The notes: generated by a model from the letters alone, not told the origin. Positions 48,707-62,443 are shown, numbered from the stretch's first letter. The stretch is 64,000 bases of DNA from Guillardia theta CCMP2712 (GCF_000315625.1 NW_005434565.1:164521-228520); one strand, 5' to 3'. Numbers and translations: made by a program.

Positions 48707-51700
48707 TCAGTGCTTGAGCCAGTTCTTCCTCCCGCTGAAGAGCTTCTGCACGTGCTTGACGATCTCCTTCCGATGCCCCAGCGACGCGACCCCGAGCTTC
48801 CTCTTCATCTCCTCCTCGCTGAGTTCGAACAGCCGCATCCCCGTCACCTGCCAGCAGGGATCAGTCTCCTCCTCCTCCTCCTCCTCCTCTCTCCACTTGC
48901 CCGCTCCTCGAGGAAGTTCTTGGCGTACTGCTCGAACGAAGAGTTGCAGCTCTGTAGCCATTTTGCCACCTGAAGGCCCAGCTGACGAGGAGGAGGGAGA
49001 CGGGGGAGCGAACTTCTCACCTGTGCCGGAGTCCAGCCCTCCACGTCCTCGACGACGACGAAGCCTCTCCGGAGGTCCTTGATCGAGAGCTTGCAGATGT
49101 CGAGCAGACGATTCATGGCAGGGCTCTTCCTCCTCCCAATCCCATCCTGCCAGGCCTGAAGCCAGTCCACCATCCTGTCCCGCACGCTGGTGTACAGGGT
49201 CTTGTCCTCCTGCCCCCAGAGGGAGTCCAGCAGTGCTTTGAGGTTGTCGTGTGTCGCGCTCACGCAGTCGTTCTCGAGGGTGACGAAGGAGTCGAGGATG
49301 GCGCGCAGAATGTCGTCGAGCCGGTTCTCTACCACCATCTGCCCTGAGTCAGACGACGACGAGCACGGCAGCAGCCCCCGTCGCCGCCGCCGTCGTCGTT
49401 GTCATCATCATCATCTCCGTCATCATCACTTCTATCTTCATCATCATCATCTCCATCGTTATCACCAACGTCTTCTTCAGCATCAGCATTATCCTCTCGT
49501 CAGTGCCATCATCAGTATCATCATTATCACTGTCCCCTTCATCTCCATAATCACCTATAACACACCTCCTCCAACATCATCATCACCATCATCACCATCA
49601 TCGTCATTCCCATCTCTACCATCATCTCCGCCATCTTCATCCTTCCCTCACCTCGTCGTCGTACTCCTCCCCCGCGTTCGGCAGGTAGAACCCTCTCAGG
49701 TCAAGATCTCCCTCCGTCAGCTCCAACGCCCGTTCAAGTCGCCCTTGGACGGCTGCAGGCAACTCAGAGGAGGCGATGAGGAGGAGGGTAAAGAGGAGGA
49801 GGACGAGGAGGCGGTGGTGGTGGTGGAAGAGGATGGAGTAGGAGGACAAGGAGGAGGAGGACAAGAAGGATGGAGGACGAGGAAGGAGGAGCCTCACCAA
49901 ACATGAGCCTAGTCAAGTTCTTGGTGTCCTGGTACGTGTCAGGTTGGAAGAGGCAGTTGATCTCCATCTTGTGAGAGAACTTCCTCCACAGCCTCGACAG
50001 CACGTGAAGCTCCCTCAAGTTGTAGTGCAGAGACTTGGGGTCCGTGATGCCGATGATCAAGTCGCAATGCTGTGCGCAGGTCTCGAATGCCTGGAGAGGA
50101 AGAGGAGGATGATGGAGTAGGAGGACAAGGAGGAAGAGAATAAGGAGGAGGAGGAGGAGGAGGAGGAGGAGGAGGAGGAGGAGGAGGAGGAGGAGGAGGA
50201 GGAGGAGGAGAGGAGGAGGAGGAGGAGGAGGAGGAGGAGGAGGAGGAGGAGGAGGAGGAGACTATCAGTACAGACAGGCCGACGGGGCACACGTTCTCAC
50301 CTGGTCAAGGTCGTAGCTGTAGCTCTTTTGCAGGCTGTCGATGGTATCGAGCAGGGGCTGGTACTCTATGGAGCCTCCACCGCAGACGTCAACAGCGTTG
50401 AAGAGCTGCTCAGCCTTGGCAGCAGGGAGATCCACGTTTAGAGAACTTTCCTCCACAAGTCAGCAATGGAACAGACAGTCGACTTCACTTGGCACACCTG
50501 ATAGCTGAGATCCAGTCCTCCCTCCCTACCTCCCCCGTCCTGTCTCTGTCCTTGGCCCTCAGCGCGTCTCTGAGCGCGTTCACTTTCCCTTGCAGCGCGG
50601 CTCGAGCCTGTGCCAACAGGCTGCTGACTTGGTCGCCAGGCAGGAAGTCCGCCGGTGCAGTGCCATGGATGGCAGGAGGGTAGACGAAGTTGATCTGCAA
50701 GCACTGACTGAGATCGAGGAGGAGGAGCGGGAGGACAGGGAGGAGCAGAGCGGGCGAGACGGACAAGACAGAACGAGGGAGAAGGAGGAGGCAGACGGGG
50801 GGCAATGAGCAGAAAAAGAGAGCGAGAAGTGTTAGGGACGTGGGGAGGCATACCTGAGCAAACCTCGCCTCTGCAGTGACAACCTCGTCGACACAGAAAG
50901 CATCCTCAAGGCCTCGGATCGCCGACATGGTCATGAGCGTCGGGGCAGCGTTGAACGCCTCCTCCCCCCGATGAAGGCAACTCGCAGCTGCCGACTCCCC
51001 CCCCTTTGTCGCCCTCGCTAGGGTGAAGTTGGTTTCCGATCCGCTCCCTGTGTTCTGCAGCTGCAGATAGCATGCAGCCGTCAGGGCACACGCCTCCATG
51101 CTCTCCTTGCCCCACTGTTCACCTTGCAGGATCCGTACCACTGGAGGAACTTGACGCAGCTCTCCCTCGCCCCGACGAGCAGAACGTGGAGGTTTCTGCC
51201 ATGAGGTTCACTCTGGAGTCGGCCGATGACATCAGCAGGTCGTACCTGCAGGATGGGGGCGTTTGCACACTCGCACATCCCAGCTCCTTGGCATAGGCGA
51301 CAAGACCATGGCCGCTGTCAAGCCTGGCGACCTTGCTGGGCCGATGAATCTCTTCGACTGCTGTGAAGGTGCTCTTGCAAGCCTTGGCGACCATCATCCT
51401 GTTGATCTCCTGTGACCTCCTGGTCGCCATGGTGTGCTTCTGTGCGCTCGGAGCGACGCTCCTCCTGCTCTCGGCGTGTTTGGTCTGGGAGGTGGACGTA
51501 CAGAGGAGGTGGGCGTTCAACGACTTGGACCCCTTGTCCATCGATATCCAGTCATCATACCACAGGTCGTACACCCGGTGGTTATCCTTATCCCTCTTCG
51601 CCCTCCTCACTGTGACGAGGTTCACAAACCAGTCCGGGCTCTCCCCAGAGTTGTCGTGGCTGAGGATGATTGAGCTCAGCTTCCCGACGTCAAGGCAGGC

Positions 51701-53276
51701 GATGTCGAACGTGTCCTTGGAGTTCGTTCCCAGCACTTCCCCAGTCGACGACTTGGCCACGTTCCTGTCCAGCGAGCAGGGCCCGTACTCGCCCTTGTCG
51801 CCGCAGAGTGTGATGAAGCAGTTAGCGCTCGTCCCTGATCCTGGCTGGCTTCCGGTCTGCACGACGACTTCGTACATGAGCATCTCACGAGCTCCGGCCT
51901 TGCTCGTCTTGGAGTGGCTGGTCTTGTGGTTGGGCTTCGGGGCCACGTTGACGGAGGCCTAGTCAACCTCTCAACGGCCGCCGCCTCTCCAAGTCTCGCA
52001 CCTTGTTCTTGTCGCCATCAGTCTGGATCGGAGGGAGTCCAGCGAGCTTCCGGATGTAGTTCTCGAACTCAGGCCCGTCCTGTCCCAGGAGGCGTCAGAG
52101 CCCTGAGGCCTCTTGTCCGGCACATGTACAGAAGTGAAGAGGTTGGCCGTCGGCTCCTCCTCCTCCTGCAGGATTGCTTCTTCCTGCGACTTGGTCAGCA
52201 ACTCCTCCTCCCCCGTCCGAAAGAGAACCGAAAGAGGTTCTCCACCCTCGTAACTCGTCCTCCTCATCCTCCCCCGCTCCTTCATGAGTTCCCTCTCTAG
52301 CTCCAGGATGCGCTTTTCAAGGCTCTGCGGTAGTTCTTGCTGTCACTGAAACGGTTGTGAAGGGAGGGAGGAAGGGAGGGGAGGAGAGAGAAGAAGGGAG
52401 AGGGGAAGAGGGGAAGAGAGAGGAGATATTTTGACAACAATACCTCCCTGACCGTTTCACCCGCTGAAACAAGCTTCTGAAGTCGTTCTATTTCTGCTCG
52501 GGCTGAGTTCAGAGCGTCTCCCTGACTTTGACTAGTCGTGTGCTTCGACTTGGGCGTGCTTGGAATGCTATACAAGTATCAGCTCAATGGAGGAGGAGGA
52601 GGAGGAGGAGGAGGAGGAGGAGGAGGAGGAGGAGGAGGAGGAGGAGGAGGAGGAGGAGGAGGAGGAGGAGGAGGAGGAGGAGGAGGAGGAGGAGGAGGAG
52701 GAGCAGGAGGAGGAGGAGGAGGAGGCAGTACCTGTGAGTGGACCTTGCGCTCTTCCTTGGACTCGAGGCAGGGCTCTTCTGAGACGCAACAGGAGCCTTC
52801 TCCTCCATGCTGCTTTCTCTCCCCAGCTGCGCTATGTTGAGTTTTCCTTTCAGCTCACCGATGGTGATCTTTGCTTCCTCCAGCTGGTTGTGCACGTCAC
52901 TGGCCAGGCACTCCTTCACCATGCTCGCAAACTTCGACGGGAGGTGCAGGACTCGATTCTGTAGGATCTGCGCCAGAAATTTGTCCTTCTCCTTCAGCTT
53001 GTTCTCGTACTTGACAACCTTTGCCCTCATGCCGTCTCTCTCCTCGTTCGCACTGTTCAGTTCCTGCCGCAGCTGTCGCAGCCTTGACTCCGCTTCCTCC
53101 GCATCCAGGAAGTACGTCGGTCGACCAACTTCGCTCGATGGCGGACGGAAAGTCGCTCTTCCCTGCTCAGTCCAGTTGGCCCAGAGGTTGGGACTGACGC
53201 TTGCTCCCTTGGGTCGAACTTGAACGCCTTTGTCGACCATTTCGCGTTCCACCGGCAGCTGTCCCGCTAGCAACAT
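48707..53276 (-). CDS. Coiled-coil + PLAT/LH2 + EF-hand pair + C-terminal SAM protein (5' end may extend past the gap at 53.8 kb)
   Basis: PLAT: YEVVVQTGSQPGSGTSANCFITLCGDKG..DTFDIACLDVGKLSSIILSHDNSGESPDWFVNLV..YDDWI. EF-hands: DRDRTGEVGRED, DVCGGGSIEYQP. SAM: WTPAQVAKWL..YAKNFLEERVTGMRLFELSEEEMKRKLGVASLGHRKEI. Confidence 0.8.
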
Positions 53277-53784
53277 GTCCTTTCATCAACAGTCAGCACG
53301 ATAGGTACATAGATGGTTTCTCAACCTCTCTCCTCCCCTTTCTCTCCATTCCGCTCACTCCACTCTCCGTGACATCTCGCATCATTTCTTCTGCTCTACT
53401 CTCCTTTCTCTTCACGTCTCGTCTTGTCTTGTTTCTTCTTGTTTCGTCTCCTGCAAACTCTCCCCTGCCCTCATCTCGTCTCTGTCGTCCCTCTCTCTCC
53501 TCTCTCCTCTCTCCACTCTCCTCTCTCCTCTCTCTTCTCTCCCTACCCTCTCCTTGCTTCCCTTCCGTGCCCGGGAACGATCTGCATTGTCCGCCTGGGC
53601 GTGTTTGAACCATTTTAAAAATGAGTTTTAGTTTTTAAAAGTTTGAAAATTAGAGGGAGAAGTGGCGGAGGGCAGGGCGGACGGACGGACGGACGGACGG
53701 ACGGACGGATGGAGGGAGGGCAGGGCGGAGGGAGGGAGGGAGGGAGGGAGGGAGGGAGGGAGGGCAGGGCGGAGGGCAGGGCGG

Positions 53785-53884
53785 NNNNNNNNNNNNNNNN
53801 NNNNNNNNNNNNNNNNNNNNNNNNNNNNNNNNNNNNNNNNNNNNNNNNNNNNNNNNNNNNNNNNNNNNNNNNNNNNNNNNNNNN
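53785..53884. other. Assembly gap (100 N)
   Basis: Run of N. Confidence 1.
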
Positions 53885-54375
53885 CAGTATATTCAATCAG
53901 AATAGAATCCAGGCGTGGTATCAGGTTCTCGTCCAATATCACCAGTAAGATATGAAGATTCTGTACAGCAGGTACAGACTCGAGACATGACATTGAGGCC
54001 TGTGGTGCATCTCGATCCTGGGATGCTCCGCGTTCGATCAGATTTCAACCGAGGGCAAGGGGGAGGAGATGAAAAAGTTTCTCTCAAGAAGGCGCGTCCC
54101 CAAGGCATCGGGCAGGGATGTAGGGAGGGAGGGAAGGAAGGGGGAGATGGACGGACGAACAGATGGATGGAGACTTGAGGAGAGGGGGTGGTGTACATGT
54201 GCAAGGACGGGCGTGTTGCTTCAATCACAGGTTCGTCATTTCGAGGAGAATTTCTTACTGTGGTAGCGTTAAGATGTGTGGAGAGATTACAAAGGGAAGT
54301 AAAGGGAGTGGTACACTTGAATTAGATCAGTTGAGCTCCTTGCCCTGGAGCTCAACTCAGCCTTCCAGTCCCCTC

Positions 54376-57300
54376 TTAGTCATCATGGAAAGTACCTGCG
54401 GACTTGTTGATCCTTCGAAGCTCTCTCGAAGCAACCTGCCAAACTCTCACTCGGGGACTCATTGCTCCAGGGCAAGCATCACATTGTCCATGTGCTCTTG
54501 AGCCTTCCTCGGTATGGCGAACTGCAGGGAGAGAGATCAGGTGAGTCTGCTCGCTAGCAGCAGGAGCTGGTTGAACCTTCGACTGGAGGAGCTGCTGTGC
54601 GTTCGTCTTATACTCGGCCATGTCCTAGTCAACGAGGCGTCAGAAGGCTCAGACGCAAGGGACGGGCAGCTGACCGAGTCGTCTTCCCACGTGTCCTCGT
54701 TAGCAACCTGCGCATACGGTCCCTTCTTCGCCAACGAGTCGTACATCCATGCAACGTTGGTTCCCAGCGATCCTCCCCCTGCCTCCACGTTGTTGGCGAA
54801 CTTCGCCATCTCCCAGGAGCCCAGGGAAGGCTTGGCTATCATCTTCGGATCCTGTTTGTCTTCCTTCTTTTCCACCTGCTGCACCTCGCTATTCATGGCA
54901 GACTTGATAGCCTGCATGATCTTCTGCGCTCCCTCACTCCCCAGCGATGCCTTCGCCTCTGCTTGCACTTTGGCAAGATCAGCTGAAACGCGATCCACTT
55001 CCCTCTCCTTGACCTCGTCCCGCACCTGAACGAGTGAGAGAAGTTACAAACGTCTTCCAGCTTCCCAGGCCATACCTTTCTCCTCTCGTTCGCGAAGCTA
55101 GCAGGAGATTCGAAGACCTCCGGCACGCCAGCACTCGCCTGAGGCTTGTGGGCTGTAGAGACCTTGGTTCCCTCGTTGGACATGCCGGACACCTGACTTT
55201 CCAGCTCCTTGATGATCGCTTGCTGCGCTTCTACTTCGCTCTGCAGGCAGACAGTTCAACATCACGAACATCAACCACAGGAGCGGCGGGTCCGCTCATC
55301 GTGTACCTGAAGTGCGTTCGTTCGGTCAGCCGCTTCCTGCGCCACCTCCTTCACTGCCTTCGCAAGAACCACGTTCTCCTGCAAGGTAGCACATAAGCCC
55401 TGTGACACATCGGGAAGATGGGATAAGTACAGGATTCGCGTCGCCCCCTTGGGCAATGGTGTTCGACCTGAAAGCAAGTGAGCAGCGAGGAAACGAGTTC
55501 TTGATCTCGAACTCACTCGTCCTGTGAGCCTGCTGGAGATTCGTGATTCATCATTGGGTAGTCTTCCGCGGTTGGCTCGGCAGTAAGCGGCTTACCCCTC
55601 GCATCCACGACAACCAGAGAGTTTCCTCCTGCTTTGAAGTCAGGAGGCGATGCGGCAACTCCTTCAAGTTCGCACCGGAGAGGGGCAACGGGACTCCGTC
55701 TTCCTCAGTCAGCTTCTGCGACATCGCTTGCCCAGCCATCTTCGCTCCTCCGTGCATCAACGACTTGTATCCCAACTCGTGGGCTACTTTGGCACGTTCC
55801 TGTTTTCATAGCTCTCAGTCGAAAGGACAAGACTGTGGCCTCTCCCAACCTTGGCGAGGTCATCGCTCGTGAATAGGTGATGGGTCGTTGGGCTCCTTCC
55901 GGACTTCTGAAGGAACCTGTTGATGACCTTGAAGCCCGTAGCCGTCAGAGCAAGCATCGAGATCGGTTCAGGTACATGAAGGGCTTCGGCTTGCTCCTGC
56001 GAGTGGACGTCCGGAGAACCTTGTGATTCTGAGGGATGTTTGAAAGCTTGAGGGTCCAGCTGCTTCTGCGCATCCCGGAAACCCTTCTTGTACATGGCTG
56101 CTTCCTCCTCGAGCTGCCAGTATAGCATGAGTGGCACAATACGCATACGGAGATCTTCGACCTCTTGCTGCTTCTTCTCCTTGTTCTCTAGTCGCATCTG
56201 CAACAGGTACAAGTAACTGGTAGAAATCACCCTGGAAGTCGATACAAACCTCTCCCAAGACACGTTTCACGATAGCTGGAGGATCCAAAGTCATCGTCCC
56301 ATCCGCATAGTTGATGTAATAGCGCCTGGAATGATGCTCTTAAGCTTCTATCGTCCCTGCTTACTCCTACCTTCCAGCATCATGCCCTTTCGTGACAATT
56401 CCGCTTCCCCAGAACTTGGACACATGCTTGATGATCGCGTCCTCTTCCTTCTTCTCCAGCCGAGCTTCAGCCTTGCAGCAAATCAGTCTCTCCACATACC
56501 CATCTCCTCCTTACAGCTCGCTTCAGAGCATCCATCTTAGCCTGCGCAGCTTTCTTCTTGACCAGCCGAAGCCATCGACGGACCGCCCCGTGCTTGGGCA
56601 CCTTGAGGGCCCCATCGATGTATCCTTCACTGACCTGCGATCAAGCAATGAGCTGGGCACAGCAGCAGCTCCCGACCGCAACCTTCTTGGCGATCAGGTT
56701 CCTCTCGCGATCGAGGCTGTCCTCGGTGACATGACCGTCGTAACGACGTCGAAGTCTCTGAAACTTGGTTCCCTGAAGACCGCAGTCAGGCAAGGGAAGG
56801 AAGAACACGCTGGTACCTTGAGGTGATTGTGATAGGCCTTGCGAATGCAATCGATAGGGTGCACTGCCCAGTCCTTGCAGGCATCGTGCGGGTTGTATGA
56901 TCGCATGTTGCCCTCGTACCGGACAACCGATGGATCCTTCTTCACCTTGGAAGGAGATTCCTTGAAAATCGTCAGGAAAAGATCACAATCATCGTGCATC
57001 TTACCCCGAGTGCAACTTTCTTGATCAGAGACTTGATGTTGGACCCTTGCTCCTTGTCATCATGCTGCTTCTCAACAAGTTGCTACATGACGTCAGCAGC
57101 CCGTCTGCGCACACCACAAGAGAGAGAGGGAGAGAGCACCTGGTTCTGAGACAAGGTCAAGGAGGGATCATAAGGCTTCCAGTCTGGACGAGCTCGTTGC
57201 CAGTCCTCTCGAGTCTTCTTCACCTTGTTTTTCTGCATCGCTTCGTCACTAGACTTCTCCTTCTCGAGAGGATAGCAGGACCTGCACACTGTCGGGGCGC

Positions 57301-57687
57301 TCCTTCTTCTGATCGGCAGGAGGCTTGACGGCCTCGGCCTCAAGAGCCTTGGATTTCGCCTTGGACTTGAGAAGGGAATCGAGCTTGTGGATGAGCTGTG
57401 AAAGTGCCTGGTGAGCCGACGCTTCCACTGCACCAACAACCTCACCTGCTGCTTCTGGTCTGCCGGTCCCTTGCTGGATTTCTACAACAACCGACGTCAG
57501 CATGGCGCCGACTCTCAGCAGGAAGGGGAACCTCGCCCAACAGGCTCACTGGAGCATCGGAGAGCTGCCATGAGACTAGAGCGATGGCAGCGCACGCCAC
57601 CTGAGAACGGGATTCAGACCGCAGCTGGAGGGGTGGTGGACTCACCACCAGAAAGCCAAGGAGGCTTAACTGAGCCCTCTGCATCAT
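54376..57687 (-). CDS. Hypothetical secreted or type-II membrane, K/E/A-rich multi-exon protein
   Basis: Spliced N-terminus MMQRAQLSLLGFLV/VACAAIALVSWQLSDAPVSLLGE looks like a signal peptide or anchor. A chain of open exons runs down to about 54.4 kb. Confidence 0.6.
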
Positions 57688-57936
57688 CCGGCTCCTGAGG
57701 GGGATGAATCAGCAAGCCGGAACTGCCAACCTTCCGAGGGAGTTCACAGGAGCATATGGCATGAAACCCAGGTATCTCTGCCATCCCCTTCCCTCGTATC
57801 CCCTCTATTTGATTACGCGCCTCCTATCTTTGTCTAGGTTTATTTCACCATCCTGCGATCCTTCTGTCTTCTTCTTCCTCCCCCTCTGCCTGCTCCTTCT
57901 CCTGCTCCTGCCCCTGCCCCTGCCCCTGCCCCTGCC

Positions 57937-57971
<35 letters not shown>

Positions 57972-58650
57972 CCCTGGCCCTGGCCCTGGCCCTGCTCCTG
58001 CCCCTGCCCCTGCCATCCCATAACTCGACCATTGTCCCTTCGCAATACCGTTACAGTGTAACTACCCCGATGAAAACGATCACATTGCTGACCGTTGTTG
58101 CACCCGTTATGGACCCTAGGTGCCATTTCCTAGGGTGGGTTACATAACCCACCCCGACATTAGAACCTTTTCAGAGATTAACAGAGGGGTATTTAGACAT
58201 TGAAGTACCCACCCTACCTATGAGATTCCTGTCAATATCAATACCTTCCCGCCCATCCCTTCCCCCATCCTGCCCCGCTTCCTTTTAAAAACTTCCGGTC
58301 TCCCCCCCTTCCTCCTCCTCCTCCTCCTCCTCTCCTCCCATTCCTCTGGTTCTTCTCCGTCTCTCTTTCGTCCAGATCATAATCTTCGTTGTCTTGTTTG
58401 TACTCTGCATTTTCTTGAAACTTTCCCCCTCTTTCTCTGCCCCAAAAGCACACCTCTCCTATAAACTCCTCCCTTTATCCACACACTCTGCTTCCCACAA
58501 ACACGACCTCTTCCACTCCGATCTTCCTCTCTCACTTGTTCTGATTTACCCTGCCAACCTGTTCGATCGCCTCCTCTCCCTCCTCTTCCGTCAGGCAACG
58601 TCTAGCACGCCTGTCAGGTGTTCCCATTTCCTTTCGCCGCCCTCTCAAAG

Positions 58651-60812
58651 ATGGCCGATCCAAGCTTTCGAGCAGAGAAGGCGATGATGAGGCGTTCGAT
58701 AGAGGATTCTTTCCACGTCCTGGGGAAGGTGAATGAGGGAACCTTTGGGGTAGTGTACAAGGCGGTCAAGGCAGAGGACAAGGAGAAATACGAGCGATTC
58801 AAGCACAACGCAGCAGAGCTGAGCAAGATGACCTTCCTTGCTATCAAGAAGCCTAAGAACTCAAGAGAGGGAGAAGGCTTCAACAAGGATGCGGTGAGGG
58901 AGATCGCCCTGCTGAAGGAGCTTTCCCGCCACCAGAACATCGTGACGCTGAGGGACGTGGTTCTTTGCCCTGAGGGGTCTGCAGCCACCAAGGGACTGTA
59001 CCTGGTGTTCGATTGGGCCGAGTTCGAACTCTGTGAGATCCTGAAGAATCACAGAGACAAAGGGATGAAGCCGCCGGGGGAGAGGATGGTGAAGTCGATC
59101 ATGTGGCAGATTCTGAATGGGATCAGCTACATCCACCACAACTGGATTATCCACCGCGACCTGAAGCCCTCCAACATCCTCATCATGGGCAAGGGACAGG
59201 AGTATGGACGAGTGAAGATCGCGGACTTCGGCATGGCGAGACTGATCCAGCAGCCCCTCAGGGCCCTGCACCTCGATGGTGTAGTAGTGACAGTTTGGTA
59301 CCGGGCTCCTGAGCTGCTGATGGGGGCGAAGCATTACTCGAAAGCGATTGACATGTGGGCTCTGGGGTGCATCTTCTGCGAACTGATGACAAACACGCCT
59401 GTGTTCCAAGGGAAGGAGGACAAGCAGCCGAAAGCTCTGCAGGAGGACCAGGTAAAGCAGAATGACGGCTGGAAGGCGGGAGTGGTAGCGGGGAGGGACG
59501 GAGGGAGGGAGGGAGATAATTGTGCTGAAGGTGGCTGGTGTAAGAGAAGATTGATGTTTGCGTGTTAACAGATCCGTAAGATATTCCGCGTCATTGGGAA
59601 ACCCACAGCACAGGATTGGCAACAGATTACGGAATTGCCGGAATGGAACAAGATAGCTGCTCTCAACATTCCTGTACGTTGTCTCTTGTGATTTTTCTGA
59701 TTCGAAGCAAGATGTCAGCTGTATTTTCTCACACTCTGCCTTCGCACACAGGCGGAGAAGAATTCGAGCATTGAAAACAGCGTCCCAGCATTGAGACAGG
59801 TAACGACAAAAGACAGCATACAATACCGAATCTCATCAGTCTCTGGACAGAATCCTCACGCGTTGGATCTTGTGAAGCGGTTTTTCGATTATGATCCGAA
59901 GAGGTGCTGGAGGAGATGTCCTCAACAACATAACAACAGAAACTGAAACATGTTGCCACAGGAGGATCAGCGCACAAGACGCCATGTGCCACTCCTACTT
60001 TACCTCCTCCCAGTTCCCCTTCGACAATGTATTCCAAGGGTGCGTCTGCTTTCTACCTCACAGCCTCTGCCTCCCCTCCCCCTCCCCCACATGCATAACT
60101 TTCATGCATCCTCGCACAATCTTGTGCCCACCTTCAAACATCTCCATCTGTCTCCTCCCAGACGTTTTGTCCTCTGATGGCAATCGCTCTTCCCTTCTCC
60201 TGCTCTTTCCTATTTCTCTGTGTCCTTCATATCGTCCGTCCTGTAGATTTCTCAACTTGTCATACAGGGAACCTGGCTCGCCAGCCACGGAGATCGCAGC
60301 CTACGGTCCCCGCTCTCTAACTGCAATCGGCATGAACGGACAGGTACGACAACGGGGCGAACAGGGGGAAGGAGCAAGGAGGGGAAGCACAGTGAGAGTG
60401 GGACTGAGCATGATGGAGGAGAAGCGACGAGGAGCACTAGGACGAGGAGGGAGGAGGAGCATGATGGAGGAGAAGCGACGAGGAGCACTAGGACGAGGAG
60501 GGAGGAGGTGGTGGAGGGAGGAGAAGGTGGAATTGGAGGAAGTAAGTTATGACCACCTCGCTAACAGACCTGAGAGACGGGAGAGGCGGAGAGACGGGAG
60601 AGGCGGGGAGACGGGAGAGGCGGGGAGACGGGAGAGGACAGGGAGGGAGGAGGAAACGAGAAGACAAGGACGAAGACTTGCGGGCGAGGGGGAGGGAGGG
60701 AAGGAGGATGGAGGTGAGGGATTTGTCTTGAGGACTGAAGGAGCTTGCAGCTGGTCAGAAGAGAGCGTACTCTCAGATGAACATGATGCCGAACAAGATG
60801 CAGAGAAAGTGA
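58651..60812 (+). CDS. CDK8: Cyclin-dependent kinase 8 (Mediator kinase, CDK8/CDKE); 3' end approximate
   Basis: LYLVFDWAEFEL, KSIMWQILNGISYIHHNWIIHRDLKPSNILIMG.G.E.GRVKIADFGMARL..PLRAL..DGVVVTVWYRAPELLMGAKHYSKAIDMWALGCIF is a CDK8-type signature. Confidence 0.9.
60406..60507. repeat. 51-bp tandem duplication in a CDK8 intron, followed by ~15-bp GAGACGGGAGAGGCG repeats (60572-60637)
   Basis: Seen directly. Confidence 0.9.
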
Positions 60813-60936
60813 GAGCCACGAGAGTCGTCCTGTACATAGTGTGTCTATAGGTAACAGATAGGTTTGCTAGCTCAACCCGTTAAAGTGAAGAGATTAACTC
60901 AAAGGAGGAGGCGGATGTTTGCACATCGCACATCCC

Positions 60937-61748
60937 TCAGGGGTCTGGGTTGTGGGTAACTTTGTAAGGGCAATACTCGCCTGGCCGGCACTGCAATCGC
61001 GGTGAGGAAAGAGAGTGAGCGAGGAGAGAGGAGACGATGAAGAGGAGGAAGTGGGGAGGGGAGGAACAGGGCTGGAGGAGGAGGAGGAGGAGGAGGAGAG
61101 CCTCTGCCTCTATCTTCTTCGGCAGGTCGCATGTGATGGGTGTTAGCCTGAACTGGTTGGTGGTCGTGGTGGCCTCCATGATCGCGCATGCCTCCTGTGT
61201 CTCGTGGCGCAGGAGGCAGAACCTCCCAACGACATGCCTCATGGAATCGGCTAGCTCCTCTGCCATGTACAGGTCCTAGACCTTCATGGAGGACACCCTG
61301 CTGCCCCTTATCTCACCCCGCAGCCTGGCGATCCTTATGTACCTTGTGTAGATGGACTCGTAGTAGTCATATACCTACCTGTCTTCAAGGGTTTTTGAGT
61401 CCAGGTTTTGTAGGCTTATCCTGGCAAGGTTGTACAGGGCGCTTTCCATCTCTCCATATCCTTGAGCTCGGCGCGCCTTGGCTCAACGATATTGGCCCCT
61501 GTGGAGGACATGATACTTGAGGGGTACCTTGAGATATGCCGGGAAGACATAAGGAAGTTCAACGATGAGAACTTCATGTGCCAGATGTGCTGTGCGTGAC
61601 TCCCGAGGTCCGAGTGTGGCCGGATGGGCATGTGCCATGCCTGCCTTGAGAGGTACGTGGTCCCTCCAGCGCCCTCCTCATCAAGCCTGAACGTGGGGTC
61701 TAGGAGGAGCTCGTGTGCCAGCTGCTCGTTGGTCATCTTGCCTGGCAT
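60937..61748 (-). pseudogene. Fragmented ORFs including a TCP11/SOK1-like motif; in-frame TAG at 61276-61278
   Basis: MTNEQLAHELLLDPTFRLDE resembles the TCP11 N-terminal motif, but similarity is lost after it. A downstream frame reads ATG AAG GTC TAG GAC CTG TAC ATG. Confidence 0.4.
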
Positions 61749-62056
61749 CGTGGAGTCCCTGGACCAATCATTTTTACGAGAGTGAAGGGCAAATCTGCTG
61801 CAGAAACCTGCTCATTCACTGACCCGATACCTGCCTGCTATCCTCTTGCAATGATGACAGCCCATCATCCGATAGAACATATTCGGTGCTTGGGCCATCC
61901 GTTATTGTGCCAAGCCCGTGTGTGTCATCCCTTACTTGCTCCCTCGCGAAGCTGCAGTATTCCGGATGGATCACCTCCCTGAGCACCATCCTGCCCGGAT
62001 GGCCCTCAGATTCCTCATCAAACCTTACCTCGCACCTTATCCCTTGTTCATCCTGC

Positions 62057-62443
62057 TCATCTATGCCAATACTCCTGTCCTCCTCCTCTCCTCCACGGAC
62101 CCATCATCAAGGTGGTAGTGGGGCATGCTGCGAGATAAGCTCTTGATGCTGTCCTGAACAGCACCTTCATCAGGCCATGATGGTTCAGGTACACGTCCTC
62201 TCCGAACACCTTGCAGTGCCTATCGTTCAGGTGCTCGCTTGTCTCTTCAGGATTAAGCGAGAGCTCTCGGCACACATCCACAAGCTTGAAGAAGCACTCG
62301 TTGTGTGAACAGTTGTTGCCCCTGCATCCAATCCTTGGCAGCAGGGTTGCTAGGCACTTATCCTTGATGTCGCACCTGTTGAATCCGATTGTGGCTGGGA
62401 TGTTCTGAGACACTGTGTTGCTGTTAGCCTGCTCTTACATCAT
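62057..62443 (-). pseudogene. Bro-N-like DNA-binding protein with a premature stop at codon 3
   Basis: AAAAA ATG ATG TAA is followed by an open frame. FFKLVDVCRELSLNP..HLNDRHCK...VYLNHHGLMKVLFRT parallels the Bro-N consensus WFxxxDVCxxLG...INExGLYxLIFRS. Confidence 0.55.

Noticed and set aside
56270-56330. WW-like motif RRYYINYADGTMTLDPP
   Set aside because: It lacks the signature tryptophans and sits in a protein that appears secreted, so support is insufficient.
58861-59823. 320-aa - strand ORF
   Set aside because: Antisense shadow of CDK8.
61276-62437. TAA/TAG reassignment (alternative genetic code) in the cassette
   Set aside because: The neighbouring intact ORF ends at TAG (62754) and frameshifts are also present, so decay explains the stops better.
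62421-62438. 18-nt GTAAGAG...CTAACAG mini-intron that would remove the TAA and restore the Bro-N-like frame
   Set aside because: It is far shorter than the ~45-55 nt introns seen elsewhere in the window. A nonsense mutation is more parsimonious, though RNA-seq could test it.
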